Assembly (NCBI RefSeq): GCF_006345805.1
Contig: NC_043012.1
Location: 49,848,001 to 49,912,000, forward strand
Length of the DNA: 64,000 nt
Direction: 5' to 3'
DNA from: Octopus sinensis
Taxonomy: Eukaryota
In this document: one piece after another, positions 41,582 through 56,376 of the stretch
How the letters are laid out: every line of letters begins with the position of its first letter
How positions within the stretch are numbered: position 1 is the stretch's first letter
The notes under the pieces: generated by a model
Told to the model about the DNA's origin: nothing
What the model saw: only the letters and a program-made list of their open reading frames with translations
Databases searched by the model: none
Program-made: the position numbers and the translations under genes

Positions 41582-41660
41582 GAGACACTCATTATCGCCA
41601 TGGGCTCCTTGAGAGCGGTCAGCTAAAAGTTTTTTTGTGCATTTTGATGTCGACATGAGT

Positions 41661-41757
41661 TCCTTGATTTTCCTGATGAGAAATCTGCATAATGTACTCC
41701 TTATTCCTTCGGAATTAGGAATATGCAGCCTTCGAAACATATGTCGAGAATAAAGGA
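41661..41757 (+). ncRNA. Canonical type I hammerhead ribozyme
   Basis: Core CUGAUGA (41673-79) and GAAA (41734-37); GUC triplet ending at 41745; stem I 12 positions with one G.A mismatch; long stem II (GAA/UUC, CUGCAUA/UAUGCAG, distal hairpin); palindromic stem III ACAUAUGU. Confidence 0.85.
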
Positions 41758-41796
41758 TATTTGTTAAGTAGTCGTTCAACTCCATTCTTTGATATT

Positions 41797-41836
<40 letters not shown>

Positions 41837-41842
41837 GCCATA

Positions 41843-42792
<950 letters not shown>

Positions 42793-42794
42793 AT

Positions 42795-42848
<54 letters not shown>

Positions 42849-42888
42849 TATATATATACATATATAGATACACACACACACACACACA

Positions 42889-42937
<49 letters not shown>

Positions 42938-43528
42938 CATACTTACATACTTACATACACGTATATATATATAATCCAAAGAAGACACGTCATTAATGAC
43001 CAGTATGAATTGTTTCTGTACCATTCTGTAGTTCCTGTACTACACACTTAGAATGTGAAAAAAGTTACGTAACATTTTTCATTTAAATTTTACGTGCAAT
43101 GTGGTTAAAAAAATAGTCGTACAGAAAGCATTATAATTTTTTGTCATTTTTTGAGGATTATGTTTTACTTTTCCCGAGACACAGACAGTGTATTTGACGA
43201 TAAGACCTCTGCATTTTCAACAAGCTTTTCAACAGGTCGTGAGTGAAGAAAATCTCAAAGTTGAGTTGAGTTCTGCATTAGAAATACTGCATCACTTTAC
43301 TCTTTATAGATATAAATAAATAGATATATAGATATATGCATATATGCACGCGTATCATTGTCTGTGCATCTACCTGCACTTCTCTTTATATGCATATACA
43401 TACATTCATTCATTGGAACATACATAACTATATATGCATATATATATATATATATATGTTTGTGTTTGTGTGTATGCATATATATATATATATATATACA
43501 TACACACACACATACTCACACACTTGCG

Positions 43529-43570
<42 letters not shown>

Positions 43571-43867
43571 TATATATATACAGACATGTATGTATCGGGT
43601 GGTAGAAAGATTAATGTGTCCATGACCATTCATAAATGTACTTTGCCTGAATAATTGTTAACTCTATTTGCATTAAGAAAGCTATGAGTAAGCCCTTAAG
43701 TGCCAACAGAGAGGCGCTCAAACCATTAACGACTTCCACATAAATAACTACGACATCATCGACGACAATAGAATAAAGAATAGCAGCGATTCCGACTTTA
43801 CCTGTATAGAATCTATATGACAGCCGAGCTATAGGTAGAGCGTAGGCTAGCTTTATTTCATTGCCCT

Positions 43868-43885
43868 TGGCGCCCTCTGGCGCTA
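43868..43885 (-). promoter_or_regulatory. CTCF-like motif
   Basis: Reverse complement TAGCGCCAGAGGGCGCCA is close to the CCAGAGGGCGC core. Confidence 0.3.
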
Positions 43886-46854
43886 CTTACAATAATTACT
43901 TTTGGGAAATCGGTTACATATATATAAAAAAAAAACAACGATAGTTTAAACACTGATGACGTAAACTGACTCTACCACCTACTCAGAATTCAAACGGTGT
44001 ACCAAGTCCCAAGAGTACTGTAAAAACTGACCTGGAATTTGCCACTGTCATTTAATGGGTATTGTTGTTGTAAGTCACGTGTTTTTCCCTTCTCGTCTTT
44101 TCAGCTTTCTCTTAAATCATATCGCTTTTTTTTCGCCCCTTCTTTTAATTCTCTTCTCAAGAAATGCTTTATAATCTGAGACACCTATATTCTCTTTGTC
44201 GTTTTGTCTCTTCTCTCTTTTTTGAATTTCTCTATCGACGTATCTCTTTTCTCTTTACCTTTCTGTCTCACTACACACATACACACACACATACGCACAC
44301 ACACTCTCTCTCTCTCTCACACACACACACATTCACAAACACACAACCATATATGCTTACATACATGTATACGTACATTTAAGCATGAATACATCTATGC
44401 ATATATTCACACATTTTATATGACTGCCTATGAAAGGCAGTAAAACTTCCACAAACTATCTTTCTCACAGTGGTAAGTAAATTAAACCGAACGCATAACG
44501 GTGCTGTAAAACTTTTCCCCAGGCCATTTAAAACCTAGTCCCATACCTGTATGAAAATTACACATGTAAACCCCTGCTTGCAATACTTACCACAAAATAC
44601 CCCATGCTCCACCACTAACATAAGAACATATCCGCTAACTCCATCATGAAAATTACTTCTATAAACTTCCTCGCTAGGAGAACCATCATCATAACCACTG
44701 ACATTCAATGATTGAAATGTACTTGCGTAATAGGAAAGTAAGAATCTTACCAGACAAATCGTACACGAAAATATATACCCCGAGATTTGTTAAATCGTAC
44801 ACTGCATACACATCATCGCCGACACTATGACAATAATTACTCATACACACACACAGTGAAAATATTACCATTATCACTATGGCTATTGGTGATTCAAATG
44901 TACGTACAAAAGAAGCAATTAAAATATCGTCAGGCAATTCATTCTTTCTCAAAATCATATAAGCTTCACATTTATTACATAATGCATCGCGTGCACTCTC
45001 ATATGATAGATCGTGGAAGAATTTGATACATTTAATTCATCGTCAACTGCTTCACCAGATACAAGATTTGACCATCCATTTTCATAGTTTTATTTATTCC
45101 GTCGTTATTACACGCAAACATATTCACGTCTGTGCATAACTTTTTTTCAGTTTCCTGTGATAAAGAAGAATTTCATACATATCCATCATATTACTATCTT
45201 ACTTTCTACGAATCCTCATCAGTGAATAAGGGAAACATAAATACTTTATTTAAAAAAAATCGTTATACTCAATTTTTAGTTCAATTTAGTTTAACAAACT
45301 GTGAGATAAGTGATATTTCGTGGACTCGACGAGATAGAACCGACACTCAACAATGAGCGCGATCGAGAGAGGAGATATTTAACCTCCCAAATAAATGAAT
45401 CGCAAAACAGTCGATATCAACTCATTACAATGGATGAAAAAATTACAAATATCCAATTTCCCTTCATATAGGGAAGTTGTTCACAACCGCATGATTTTTA
45501 GCTCTACTATGTTACAGAAATAACGAATCAAACATCTTAGATATTATTAATTAGCACTATTGATTACTAATGTTAGTAAAAGGTCACGAATGACTGACCT
45601 GTATAACTCAGTTGAGAGGAGGATAGAAGACCGAATGAAAGGTCTTGTGTATAGGTGGTCGACATGTTAGAATTAAGAACAAATCTCAGTCAATTCACAT
45701 ACGGTTCTCTTGAGAAAGAAAGTTTCATTGGACACTGTAATTTTAGATATAGTATTTTTGAACGTAAAGAGATGATCGCAAGACAAACACATTCGAAATG
45801 AGCTCTGCTCGTTGATTGCTGATATGCAATTAGCAACAACTAGAAGCTGTTCAGTCAAACTTAGGGATAACCTCTAAGTATATTCTCATGTCTCATTACT
45901 TTCTGCTGTCAATCTGATTTTACCATTTCCTCAACTTAGTAGTGGCCAATATTAAAATTATATGAAAAGGAGAGTGGAGAAATAGCTAATAATTGAGAGT
46001 TAGGGAGGGTGAAACACGAAATATTGTAGAGTTTATGAGTAAATAGCATGTAGTGTTTAGAATTCGTCTTCTTTTCTCAATATTAGACCGAACAGTTGAA
46101 GTCAATTACCGAGGTGTCATATGTCTTCTGTGTCCTCCGTGTTAACGAGAGTAAAACGAATTCATTTTCTGAGAAACTATTTATTCAAAAATTTCCAACA
46201 AGATTTGTTGAAATGTTTACACATCAGGACATTCCCAAACTGAAATATTATATGCAATCAAAATATGTCAATTAATACATATTTAATTCAAGGCTTGTAA
46301 TTTAAAATATCATCAACATATCTTTAGCATTTTGATAATTAACAGATGATGATCATCTTACGTTTAATATGAATAATGATCCCTTATACCGTCACACGGT
46401 TAAACATTGGAGTTGAGTGGGATTAGTCGATTAAATCGACTCGTATTTGGAATGGTACAGTGTTGACTGTGAAAGTATAAAAAGAAATGGAAAACAAGGT
46501 TAATGGAAGCAAAATTGAGGCATTTTAATGGAGACGTTAAAAATAATAAAATAACGGAAGGTCTAATGATTTGGCCAGTTCAATCTCTTTATTTCTGAGG
46601 TAAAAATATTTTCTGCTATAGTCACACAGTCTGAATCCTTTTAGGATTGGGGACTAGTCGACTACATCGACATTTGTGCACTACTGGTTATTTCATCGAT
46701 CACGAAAATATTAAAAAGAAATTTGTACATAGAAAATAAAGAAAGAAATGTTGCTGAAAATTTTATCCGGTTGAATATTTTATCCGGCATTCTAACAGGT
46801 CTTCCTGCCCGCCACCTTCTTTGCAGCACAAATAAAACTGTTTTATCCTCCTTC

Positions 46855-46936
<82 letters not shown>

Positions 46937-46950
46937 GTTATTATTATTAC

Positions 46951-47012
<62 letters not shown>
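46855..47012 (+). repeat. (TCA)n(TTA)n compound microsatellite
   Basis: Read directly. Confidence 0.95.
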
Positions 47013-47013
<1 letters not shown>

Positions 47014-47542
47014 TACTTACACGGTACGAAAAATCACTTTTCTTGGAGTATACTGCTCTTAGATGTGACCCGATTGCAATATTTTATCAACTACAGCTAC
47101 ACTACTTATTCAATCACTCAATACTATGCCAATCTGTAGAATCGCAAGTGAAATGTCGTATAACATCATTGTTTAGGAAATAGTGTATCAAAGACGAAAT
47201 TAAGCCCTCAATTATAGATATTCTTGGTTGTAATCAAGCAAATATTTGAGTACAACGTATAACAGACCGAGATGACTTAGAAACATGTTCATAGACGCAT
47301 CTAATTTAATACCTGCGACTATAAGCATTAAATATTTCATCTATAAACTAATCTATTATTTTCTGGAAATTAGTTTACCTTTATTTTCATATTTTATTAT
47401 AGACTTCTGGTACAATGATTAATGCACAATTCATACTTTACGCAGAAAGAGAAGCCATGATGGCTATATATTTATTAAAAATATAATTCTTCGCTTTTAA
47501 TGATATATTCATACATCATTACAATATTTCCATGTGCACACG

Positions 47543-47593
<51 letters not shown>

Positions 47594-47979
47594 CATACAC
47601 ACACCCACACATACAAACACAATGCATCCCGGCGTTGCCCGGATGTTATAACCAACAAGCACATTGTATTATTGTTCCTTTCTTATGGGGAGAATCGGCA
47701 CAGCTAATATATAGAAAATGGAATAATGGAAGTCATTGTCTATTGAATAGCGAAGGGCGAGGGTACAGTTGGCATGAAAGTGCTTTCTCTTGATAAGAAG
47801 GATCAGAAACTACATATTGTGTTATCGTATAAAAGAGGGTTAATACAATTTTGTCCAGAAATCACGTTTTCAATATCTCAATTTCCCACTATCCCAAACG
47901 CAATTTCTTAATTTGTAACTTTTTTCCGAAAGTTTTTTTTTACCTAAGTAGAAAAATACATTGATTTGAATCTGGGAAC

Positions 47980-48012
<33 letters not shown>

Positions 48013-48996
48013 TTAAATTTTCTTAAAGAAACACTCAATGCCCTTTCCTTCACCTTGCCCTCCCATCACCTGCCAGCTTTCAAAAAGCTAAAATCCCCCA
48101 ATCTTACACTTTTGGCTGATGTTTTCTGCATGTGTAAAATTCTACTGAAATAGTAGACTTAAAAAATAACAGACCGCTACCAGACAGTCTGACATGCTAA
48201 AAAAAAAAAAAACATTGTTTCTAAAAAAACTTTTCCGTTTTCCAAAAAGCTTTAAGTGAAACATTGGGTGTGTGCAACTTTTTGAAAGTGCTGAGTTAAA
48301 ATTCTTAAAATTTTGTATTTTTATTTGTTCTCCATGTATGACACCTAGAATAAAAATTTGAAAAAAGTAGAAAATTAATTTGGTATGGATAGGGAGACAA
48401 TTGAAATATTGAGAACGTATTTTGTGGGTGAAATCCTAATCTCCTGTAGCGCAAACATAGGAATCGGAAAAAATTTAGGCAAAAATAAAAGGTAGGGGGA
48501 AATGTAACTTCGAGCATGGTAGGAAGGAGAGAAAGGACAGGATTTCAGGGAAAACTTCCTTTTAAGTTTATAGGAAATTTAGGTCTTTAAATATGCTCAT
48601 CATAAACACAAATTACACAATAGTAAAAGATAATTTCAATTGGATTTGAGCTGTAAATTTGCGCGTGCACATTGCAAGAAATAACATAATTCGTGCAGAG
48701 GTTTTACCTAGAGTGTGGGTATGTTTGACAAAGCAAGTTATTTCATGGTAAAGAAGTTATTTCATGGCACAGAAGCAAAGATGTCAACTCGATATATATG
48801 GGATCATATGATTGTTCGTTAATTTCGGTAAAATTATTTTAATTTCTGAATGATTTGAAGAGAGTAGAAATTGAAAGAGACGATAAAGTTAAAAGATGAC
48901 ATTTGCTTTGAAGTGAGATGAGAAAGTGTAAGATGTACCTATATATGAAATGGACGTATGTGTGTGTGTGTGACAGAGAGAGAGAGAAAAAAAAAG

Positions 48997-49027
<31 letters not shown>

Positions 49028-49240
49028 GTGAGTGAGTGAAGGTGTCTGCTGTGATATATGAATTTTTTGCATGTATGTGTAAGTGGTACTCACTCGCTCT
49101 CTTTCTCTCTCTCTCACTCATACATACACACACATTATCTTTCATACACTCGTACATAGCGGAGGTAAAGAATACGTACACGGGGAGTGCGTATTCTTTA
49201 CCTTCACTCATAAATACATATGCATGCATCTTGTTTGTGC

Positions 49241-49278
<38 letters not shown>

Positions 49279-51149
49279 TTTTATGTGTGTCAGTGTGTGT
49301 CTGAATGTTTCTCCTCACAGCATATAGAAAAAATGTTTTTTAACGCAATTTTGGTGACTGTGGCTTATTTTAATACAATATTTATGTGTACATTTTCATG
49401 AATGTTTGTCTGAGTAGAATTCTAGGCACGCGTGAAAGAGCAGCCGAGACTGAAACATAGGAAGCAAATCGAAACATTCTCCGAATGTGACCTGAAAATT
49501 GTGTGATCCAACCTAGTTGCCGAGGTTATTTTAGTTGTAAAGATGCGTTGTTGAGTCAAAACTTTATTTGGTAGATAGGTAATAAGCAGCTTTCTTTATT
49601 ATAATACAGATGTGACTAATTCGGAGAAACATTACTTTCATTATTCACACATCGTCAATCTCGCAATCCATCACTTTGTAATTTTGATTCAAATTGAAAG
49701 TGCGAAACTTTTTTTTTCCTTTTCTAATGAAACCTGGTCGTTGATAATATTGAAAATAGCAAAATGTACACATTCGAAGTTCAAGCGAAACGAAATTGAG
49801 TCAGTGAAGGTGCAAAACATACTTTCTATAGCATAGTTATACTATAAAAATGGAAAGCCACCAAGTTAGCAAAAGATACTATGCGCCACCAATGTAACAA
49901 AGTACAGAAAGTAAAAATTTATTTGGAACATGTACTAAATGTTAAAAAAATCACGATTGAATATCACGGTGAAGAATGTGGAAGTCAAACGAAACTCAGA
50001 AGGCATAATTCAATTTTCCATACAAAAATAATTTATTTTACAATTCTGAAACGAACGCTGAACCAAGTGTATAGTACTTCCATGTATTTATTTATGTATA
50101 TATAATGCAATCGATTAGACCGCATGGGTAATCGTCGCCCGTGTAGGTCTGATAAATTTTATCAATGACAAATGTTGCTGATGATTTATAGATATATATG
50201 TGAGTATAATTTGCATATTATATTGATAAAGAAACAATTGTACAACATTAATCTATTTTTTAGTTGTATTTCACTTTCCTTACGTTGAGGGTAGTGCTAT
50301 TTCTATGTGGAGGTATCGTCGGCGGCTATACCAGAATACGGAGCTAATTCTAGCACTAGAGTTGACATTTTTAACGTTAACTCTCTTATATTTACGGATA
50401 TATATATATATATATATTTGCATCTTGATCTGTTTATCTATCTATCTATCTATTTATTTATCTCTCTCTCTCTCTATCTATCTGTCTCTCTATCTATTTA
50501 TTTCTCTCTCTCTCCTCCTCCTCTCTCTCTTTATATATGTGTATGTATCTACATGTGTGTGTCGATATACGCGTATGTGCTCGAAGATACATTAATTTGA
50601 TAGCTGACAAGTAGAGTAACTTCGTTTTTTTTAATTATATCATTTGTATTTCTATTTTCAATTGTAGTTTTCCTTATATTATCGAACTAAAACAAACGTT
50701 TTCTTCTTTACTCAGATAATTATATCCACAAGTAATAATATTCAAGTTCTTATTTTGTCAACAAAGGTTACATTGATTAAAATAAAACTAGACTCGATAT
50801 TTCTAATGTACACTTCTAAAATAATTTCATTGAAATTTATAGATTCCAGCTGTTGGCATTATCTTAATTCTCTTTATAACAAGAATCACCGCAAAGCTCT
50901 GAAGCAACTAACGTTTATAATGGATAAACAATATACTCTGTTATGGGCAAACATACTTCCCCATAAGGAATATTGAAATGAGCCCTACATGCTAAAGAAG
51001 GATGCCATAAAGGTACATCGTATGCTGGTTTGCTACTTTGTCACTATTCTACCTTATTAATCTTTCTGAATCCCAATGTTTATCCGCCATACATGCATTT
51101 TTAATATTCTATCTATTATATGTTTCCACCATTTTGTTAGTTTCCACGA

Positions 51150-51320
51150 TGGAACACCGACTTGGTGGGGTTTAGTCCAGCAAATCGACACCAGGATTTT
51201 ATTATTAATCGTAGTACTTATTCTATAGGACTTTAACCACACCGCTAGCCTTAAGGAATGGTAAACACACAAACACCAGTTGTCAAGCGGTGATGAGGGA
51301 CAAACATAAACACATAAATC
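51150..51320 (-). mobile_element. SINE group A tail, diverged
   Basis: TTTAGTCCAGCAAATCGACACCAGGA ... ACCAGTTGTCAAGCGGTGATG matches 995-1170. Confidence 0.65.
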
Positions 51321-51714
51321 CATGTAATAACGATGCAGTTATTTTATCTAATAGACCAGTGACTTATCATTGCTATATTTAATTAATTTCGATCGCATGG
51401 TCGTACCTGTTGCCTTGTTTTTCTGTCCCATTGTTTATATGAGTGCCTCCTAACATATCAGTACCCTATAGTTTTTACCTTGTATTCCCCCGATGTTGTG
51501 ATATCCGATGATCTCTGCATTATCATTGCTATGTCGTATTGGGCTATTGGATTTTGCCGTTTGATCCTTAACCTAAGAATTTGCAATCATGAAACAAAGG
51601 ACATCAGGAGCAGGTATATGTTAATCCAAGTATCTATTTTGTAGGGAAAATTATAGAGCTGGTGATCTATATAAATAATAGTTAGTGTAGTTGCAGGAAA
51701 TATTTTTATTCTTT

Positions 51715-52151
51715 CACTTGTTTCAATCATTTAACTGCGGCTATGCTGGAGCGCCACCTTTTATTGAGCAAGTCGATCCCAGGACTTATATTTATTTTGT
51801 AAGCCCAGTATTTATTCTGTCGAGTCATTTTTTTGCCTCCTGGATTTATGAAATGATAACCAGATATTTGAAACTCCTTTATAATTTATGTTAAGTTACG
51901 GGGACGTAAACACGCCAACATCGAATGTCAAGCGACGTTTGGAGAAACACACACACACACATACGCACACGCACACGTATATATACGACGGGTTTCTTTC
52001 AGTTTCCGTCTACCAAATCCACTCACAAGAATTTGGTCTGCCTGAGGTTATAGTAGAAGACACTTGCCCAAGCTGCGAAGCAGTGGCACTGAACCCAGAA
52101 CCATGTGGTTGGTAAGCAAGCTACTTACCACACACCCACTCTTGCGCCTGC
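51715..52151 (-). mobile_element. SINE group A, full length with internal (CA)/(TA) microsatellite
   Basis: Head at 52151-51985, microsatellite, tail at 51945-51715. Confidence 0.9.
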
Positions 52152-52375
52152 GAGCTGGCAGAAACGCTAGCACGTCGGGCGAAATGCGTAGCCGTATTTC
52201 GTCTGCCGTTACGTTCTGAGTTCAAATTCCGACGTGGTCGACTTTGCCTTTCATCCTTTTGGGGTCGATAAATTAAGTACCAGTTATGCACTTGGGTCGA
52301 TGTAATCGACTTAATCACTTTGTCTGTCCTTGTTTGTTCCCCCTATGTTTAATCCCTTGAGTGCAATAAAGAAAT
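52152..52375 (+). mobile_element. SINE group B
   Basis: GAGCTGGCAGAAACGCTAGCAC...GAGTTCAAATTCC (B-box-like); matches 56087. Confidence 0.9.
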
Positions 52376-52804
52376 TAGAATTACTGAACAATGTTAGAGG
52401 AGTGGGCTTATTCCTCAAAGGAAGAAAAAAGACGAGAAAGCATTAAGGATAAACAGAGCGTAAAGGTCGGTGAAGGTAGAGTTTAAGGGAAGACGGATTA
52501 AAAATTGGTAAAAGAGCAGGAAGCTGAAAACCACTCGTTACACAGAAAATGTTGAGAAAGGCTGAGCAAGAACATTCAACCGTAAAAATTTACTGCATGT
52601 CTGAGTTTTAGAAATCAGTCATTTCAAAATAAGGTCTTTGACAGCCATACAACCATAGAGAGTTTCAGATAGACACATAAACGAAAGTACATACATTTCT
52701 ATCTAACCATTAACATCAACACAAAATATATACAAGAATATTTTTTTGAAAGTACGGTGGAAGCAGACAGTACATGTAAGCTTGAGGGCAGAATTAAGAT
52801 TTTA

Positions 52805-52983
52805 AACGGCTCTGTGGTAACTTGCTTACCAGCCACATGGTTCCGCGTTCCATCCGACTGCGTGACAACTTGGGGAAGTGTTTTCTGCTATAGCCTCAGG
52901 TCGACCAAAGCCTTGTGAGTGGATTTGGTAGACAGAAACTGAATTAAGCCAATCGTATATATGTATATATATATATATATATA

Positions 52984-53056
<73 letters not shown>

Positions 53057-53250
53057 TGTGTGTGTATTTATATGTTTGTGTGTCTGCGTTTGCCCCCCCC
53101 CCCAACATCACTTGATAACCGATGCTGTGTGTTTACGTCCCCGTAACTTAGCGGTTCGGCAAGAGAGACCGATAGGCTTACAAAGAATAAGTCCTGGGGT
53201 CGATTTGCACGACTAAAGGCGGTGCTCCAGCATGGCCGCAGTCAAATAAC
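52805..53250 (+). mobile_element. SINE group A, full length with internal (TA)n(TG)n
   Basis: Head GTGGTAACTTGCTTACCAGCCACATGGTTCCGCGTTC, CORE-like segment, microsatellite, tail ending GGCCGCAGTCAAATAACTG. Confidence 0.9.
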
Positions 53251-53388
53251 TGGGAAAAAAATACATTCATATATCGCTTAACGCTGTCTTTCAGTTTTTC
53301 GGTTTATACTGATATTGTTTCCAGATGTGATAATCTACGCGGTGAATTATGTCACAATCGCTAAGACAATTATTACCATTGTATGGCC

Positions 53389-54005
53389 ATTTTTACCCCC
53401 GCCTTAGCGAAGGGGGAGATATTGTTTTCAGTCGTGTGTCTTTGTTTGTCCGTGGATAAGATATCTATAAAACCGCTTGATGGATTCGGATGAAACTTTC
53501 AGGGACATTTGGCCTCGTGACTGGCCCGAACTAATTATATTTTGGGATCGATCCGATACAAAACAAGGATTATGGTTAATTTGTTATATTTACTTTACAT
53601 GATTACGATCTTTGTTCACTTTCAACACTTTCTCAGTTATCTCCCTTTAGGTTGTTTCCAAAGTCTTATTCTAGTTTCTCTATTATTAATTTTATCTCAG
53701 TAGAAACTTATGGATAATGAAATCAAGCTACATAAACAAGCGACAGTAAAACCGTTCAGAAATTATATAAAACATATTTTTATGCGTGCTATTTATTTAA
53801 AAATTCCTTGGTAGAACTTAGTATTACTTCCGCATTTGAAACTATTTTCAATGGTGAATTTATTAACTTTGGCTTGTATTAGATAAGGATAAACAATTTA
53901 ATACTGTTATTAAATTTTCTGCAGCCACCTTCATATTCCATGACTGTCATTGGGATCCATCAGGTACCGGACAAATATTCTAGATTATTTTTCCGTTTTT
54001 TTTTT
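53389..54005 (+). mobile_element. Helentron-associated (HINE/DINE-1-like) non-autonomous element
   Basis: T-run start, CCCCCGC-CTTA-GCG-AA-GGGGG hairpin, short TTTG/TGTC repeat, GGATGAAACTTTCAGG core, repeated GGGATC..ATC..G.TAC..ACAA block. Confidence 0.45.
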
Positions 54006-54084
54006 TTTGCTTAAACTTTGAGAGCATAATTTTACTTCCCGTCTGCTTAATCAAAATTGTCACTGTATATTCGTTACTACACTA

Positions 54085-54255
54085 GAACAAGGCCCGAACA
54101 TTTTGGGGGGAGGGGACCAGTCGATTAATTCTACTCCAGTACGTAACTAGTACTTAAGTCGACCCCATAGAATATGAACGTAGAACGTAAAGACAGACGA
54201 AATATCGCTAATCCCTTCGCCCAGCGTGCTATCGTTTCTCCCAGCTAACCGCCTT
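54085..54255 (-). mobile_element. SINE group B, internally deleted
   Basis: GACGAAATATCGCTAA...CGTGCTATCGTTTCTCCCAGCTAACCGCCTT is the reverse complement of the group B head. Confidence 0.75.
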
Positions 54256-54487
54256 AGTGTCGCTGTATATTGATGAACAAATAAAGCCATCAGATTTCAG
54301 AAATCACAAATTATGCTTTAAGGAAAATAACGTGACAGTGTTTATTGCCTTACAATCGAGTTTTGCATTTGAATTATATTGAACTGGGCCTGTCTTGTAA
54401 AATCTCTGTCCGTTATTCTACGAGTAGTAAACTGCATATAAAAAGTAAATAATTAAATGTAATATATATATATACATATATGTACAT

Positions 54488-54523
<36 letters not shown>

Positions 54524-54534
54524 GATAGATAGAT

Positions 54535-54593
<59 letters not shown>

Positions 54594-54619
54594 CATACAT
54601 GCATATATATATATATAAT

Positions 54620-54650
<31 letters not shown>

Positions 54651-56086
54651 GTATGTTTGTAGACATATTTGAGCGTGGTTTGCTTCTTTGTCTTGTATTA
54701 GTTCAAACATTCCATGTCGAATTGTAATCATAATTTTAATGCTGACTTTGAAATGAAAATTATCCATTCCTTGGGAAATAGCTCGGTGATCTTGCATCGT
54801 TTGCACTTGATGTTGTATTTATCATCATTATATATCACAGAGCTTTGTTAAGTAGACAGAGATAATCCGTTGCACGGTTTTATCTGAGCAGAGCTTGCTG
54901 CGAGAGAATTATTTCACAGATTTAGACAAATCAAATGATTTACAACCAATTTACGATCAGTACGACACACATTTTCAGATTGAAAATTATCTCCCCAAAT
55001 AAAATTATATATGTATTTGAAAGTGAAAAAAAGAAAACAAAAAATAAGTAAAAAAAAAATGCCATAATTTCTGGAAAATAATATGAAATGCACTTAGATG
55101 TACATTTAATGTATACGTATACATTTATAACTATATATGCATCTCTCTCTGTGTGCGCGTGAATATGTGTATGCACGCGCGCGTGTGAGTGTGGGTGATT
55201 GAGTATGTGTCTGTGTATGTATGTGTATGTGTGTGAGAGAGACAGACAGAGAGAATGAGAGAAAGAGATAGAGCGAGATTATATTGAAACTTAAGGGAAC
55301 ATTAAGAAAACAAAGAGTATAAATATTAATGATTTACCAGAAGAAATTGACCGTGCATCATAAAAATATAGACACATAAAAAATAGTTTTAAAAACTAAA
55401 TATTAGGCGAGAAATAATAGTATGTTACATCCAGATATTAAAAATTAGGCCCAGGTTTTGTCAATCACAAAAAACAAAATGTGAAATTCTGAAGCGTAAT
55501 CTTATATAATCTTTTACAATACTAAACTTCTGGAATTCATTTTTTTCTTAACGATGAACCTTCTACCGCTTAGACTGCTACGTTTTTTTTTATTTCATTT
55601 AAGCGATGTGTCAGTCGATTCGTCGAAGCCTCGTCTTTCATTACATGAATTCAGTTTTTCACGTTAAACTGACGCACAGAAGCGAATTGAAATCATTAGA
55701 CAATTTACAAGTATGTTTTTCATTTCCATATTTCAATCGCTAGAGTTTAGTTAATATTGGTAATTTGTTGATAGATTTGAAAAATCAATGCTCACCACAC
55801 GATTACTTTTGTCAAGAACAATATTGGCAGTAGGTTTGTGCACAATACTGAAAACTTAAAAGGTAGTTTCTCAAGAAAGCCTTAATGTCACTCCTTTAAG
55901 ATGTCCGCATTAATTACTCGCTGGACAAGTATCTATAATATATGAGCTAGTATGATTAAAGTATGCTGTTCATTCATATTCCTCTTCATAGTGCTGTCAG
56001 TCGGTTGCAAGTTCTTGCTGTACAGAAAATGAATCATTATAGTATTCGTTTTCGTAATTACTTCTTTTTCTAGAGCAATATTTATT

Positions 56087-56376
56087 AAGGCGGCGAGCTG
56101 GCAGAAATGTTAGCACGCCAGGCGAAACGCCTAGCGGTATTTCGTCTGCCGCTACGTTCTGAGTTCAAATTCCGCCGAGGTCGACTTTGCTTTTCATCCT
56201 TTCAGGGTCGATTAAATAAGTACCAATTACGCACTGGGGTCGACATAATCGACTTAATCCGTTTGTCTGTCCTTGTTTGTCCTCTCTGTGTTTAGCCCTT
56301 TGTGGGTAGTAAAGAAACAGGTATTTCGTCTTCCGCTACGTTCTGAGTACAAATTGCAGCAAGGTCGACTTTCCAT
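56087..56376 (+). mobile_element. SINE group B plus partial tandem second unit (56321-56376)
   Basis: AAGGCGGCGAGCTGGCAGAAATGTTAGCAC...; GTATTTCGTC..CGCTACGTTCTGAG repeated after the 3' end. Confidence 0.9.

Noticed and set aside
45185-45225. Minus-strand CUGAUGA...GAAA
   Set aside because: Stems II and III do not pair.
47788-47830. UUGAUAA...GAAAC, second U3-A8 candidate
   Set aside because: Stem II is only 2 bp with an extra base, and there is no stem I.
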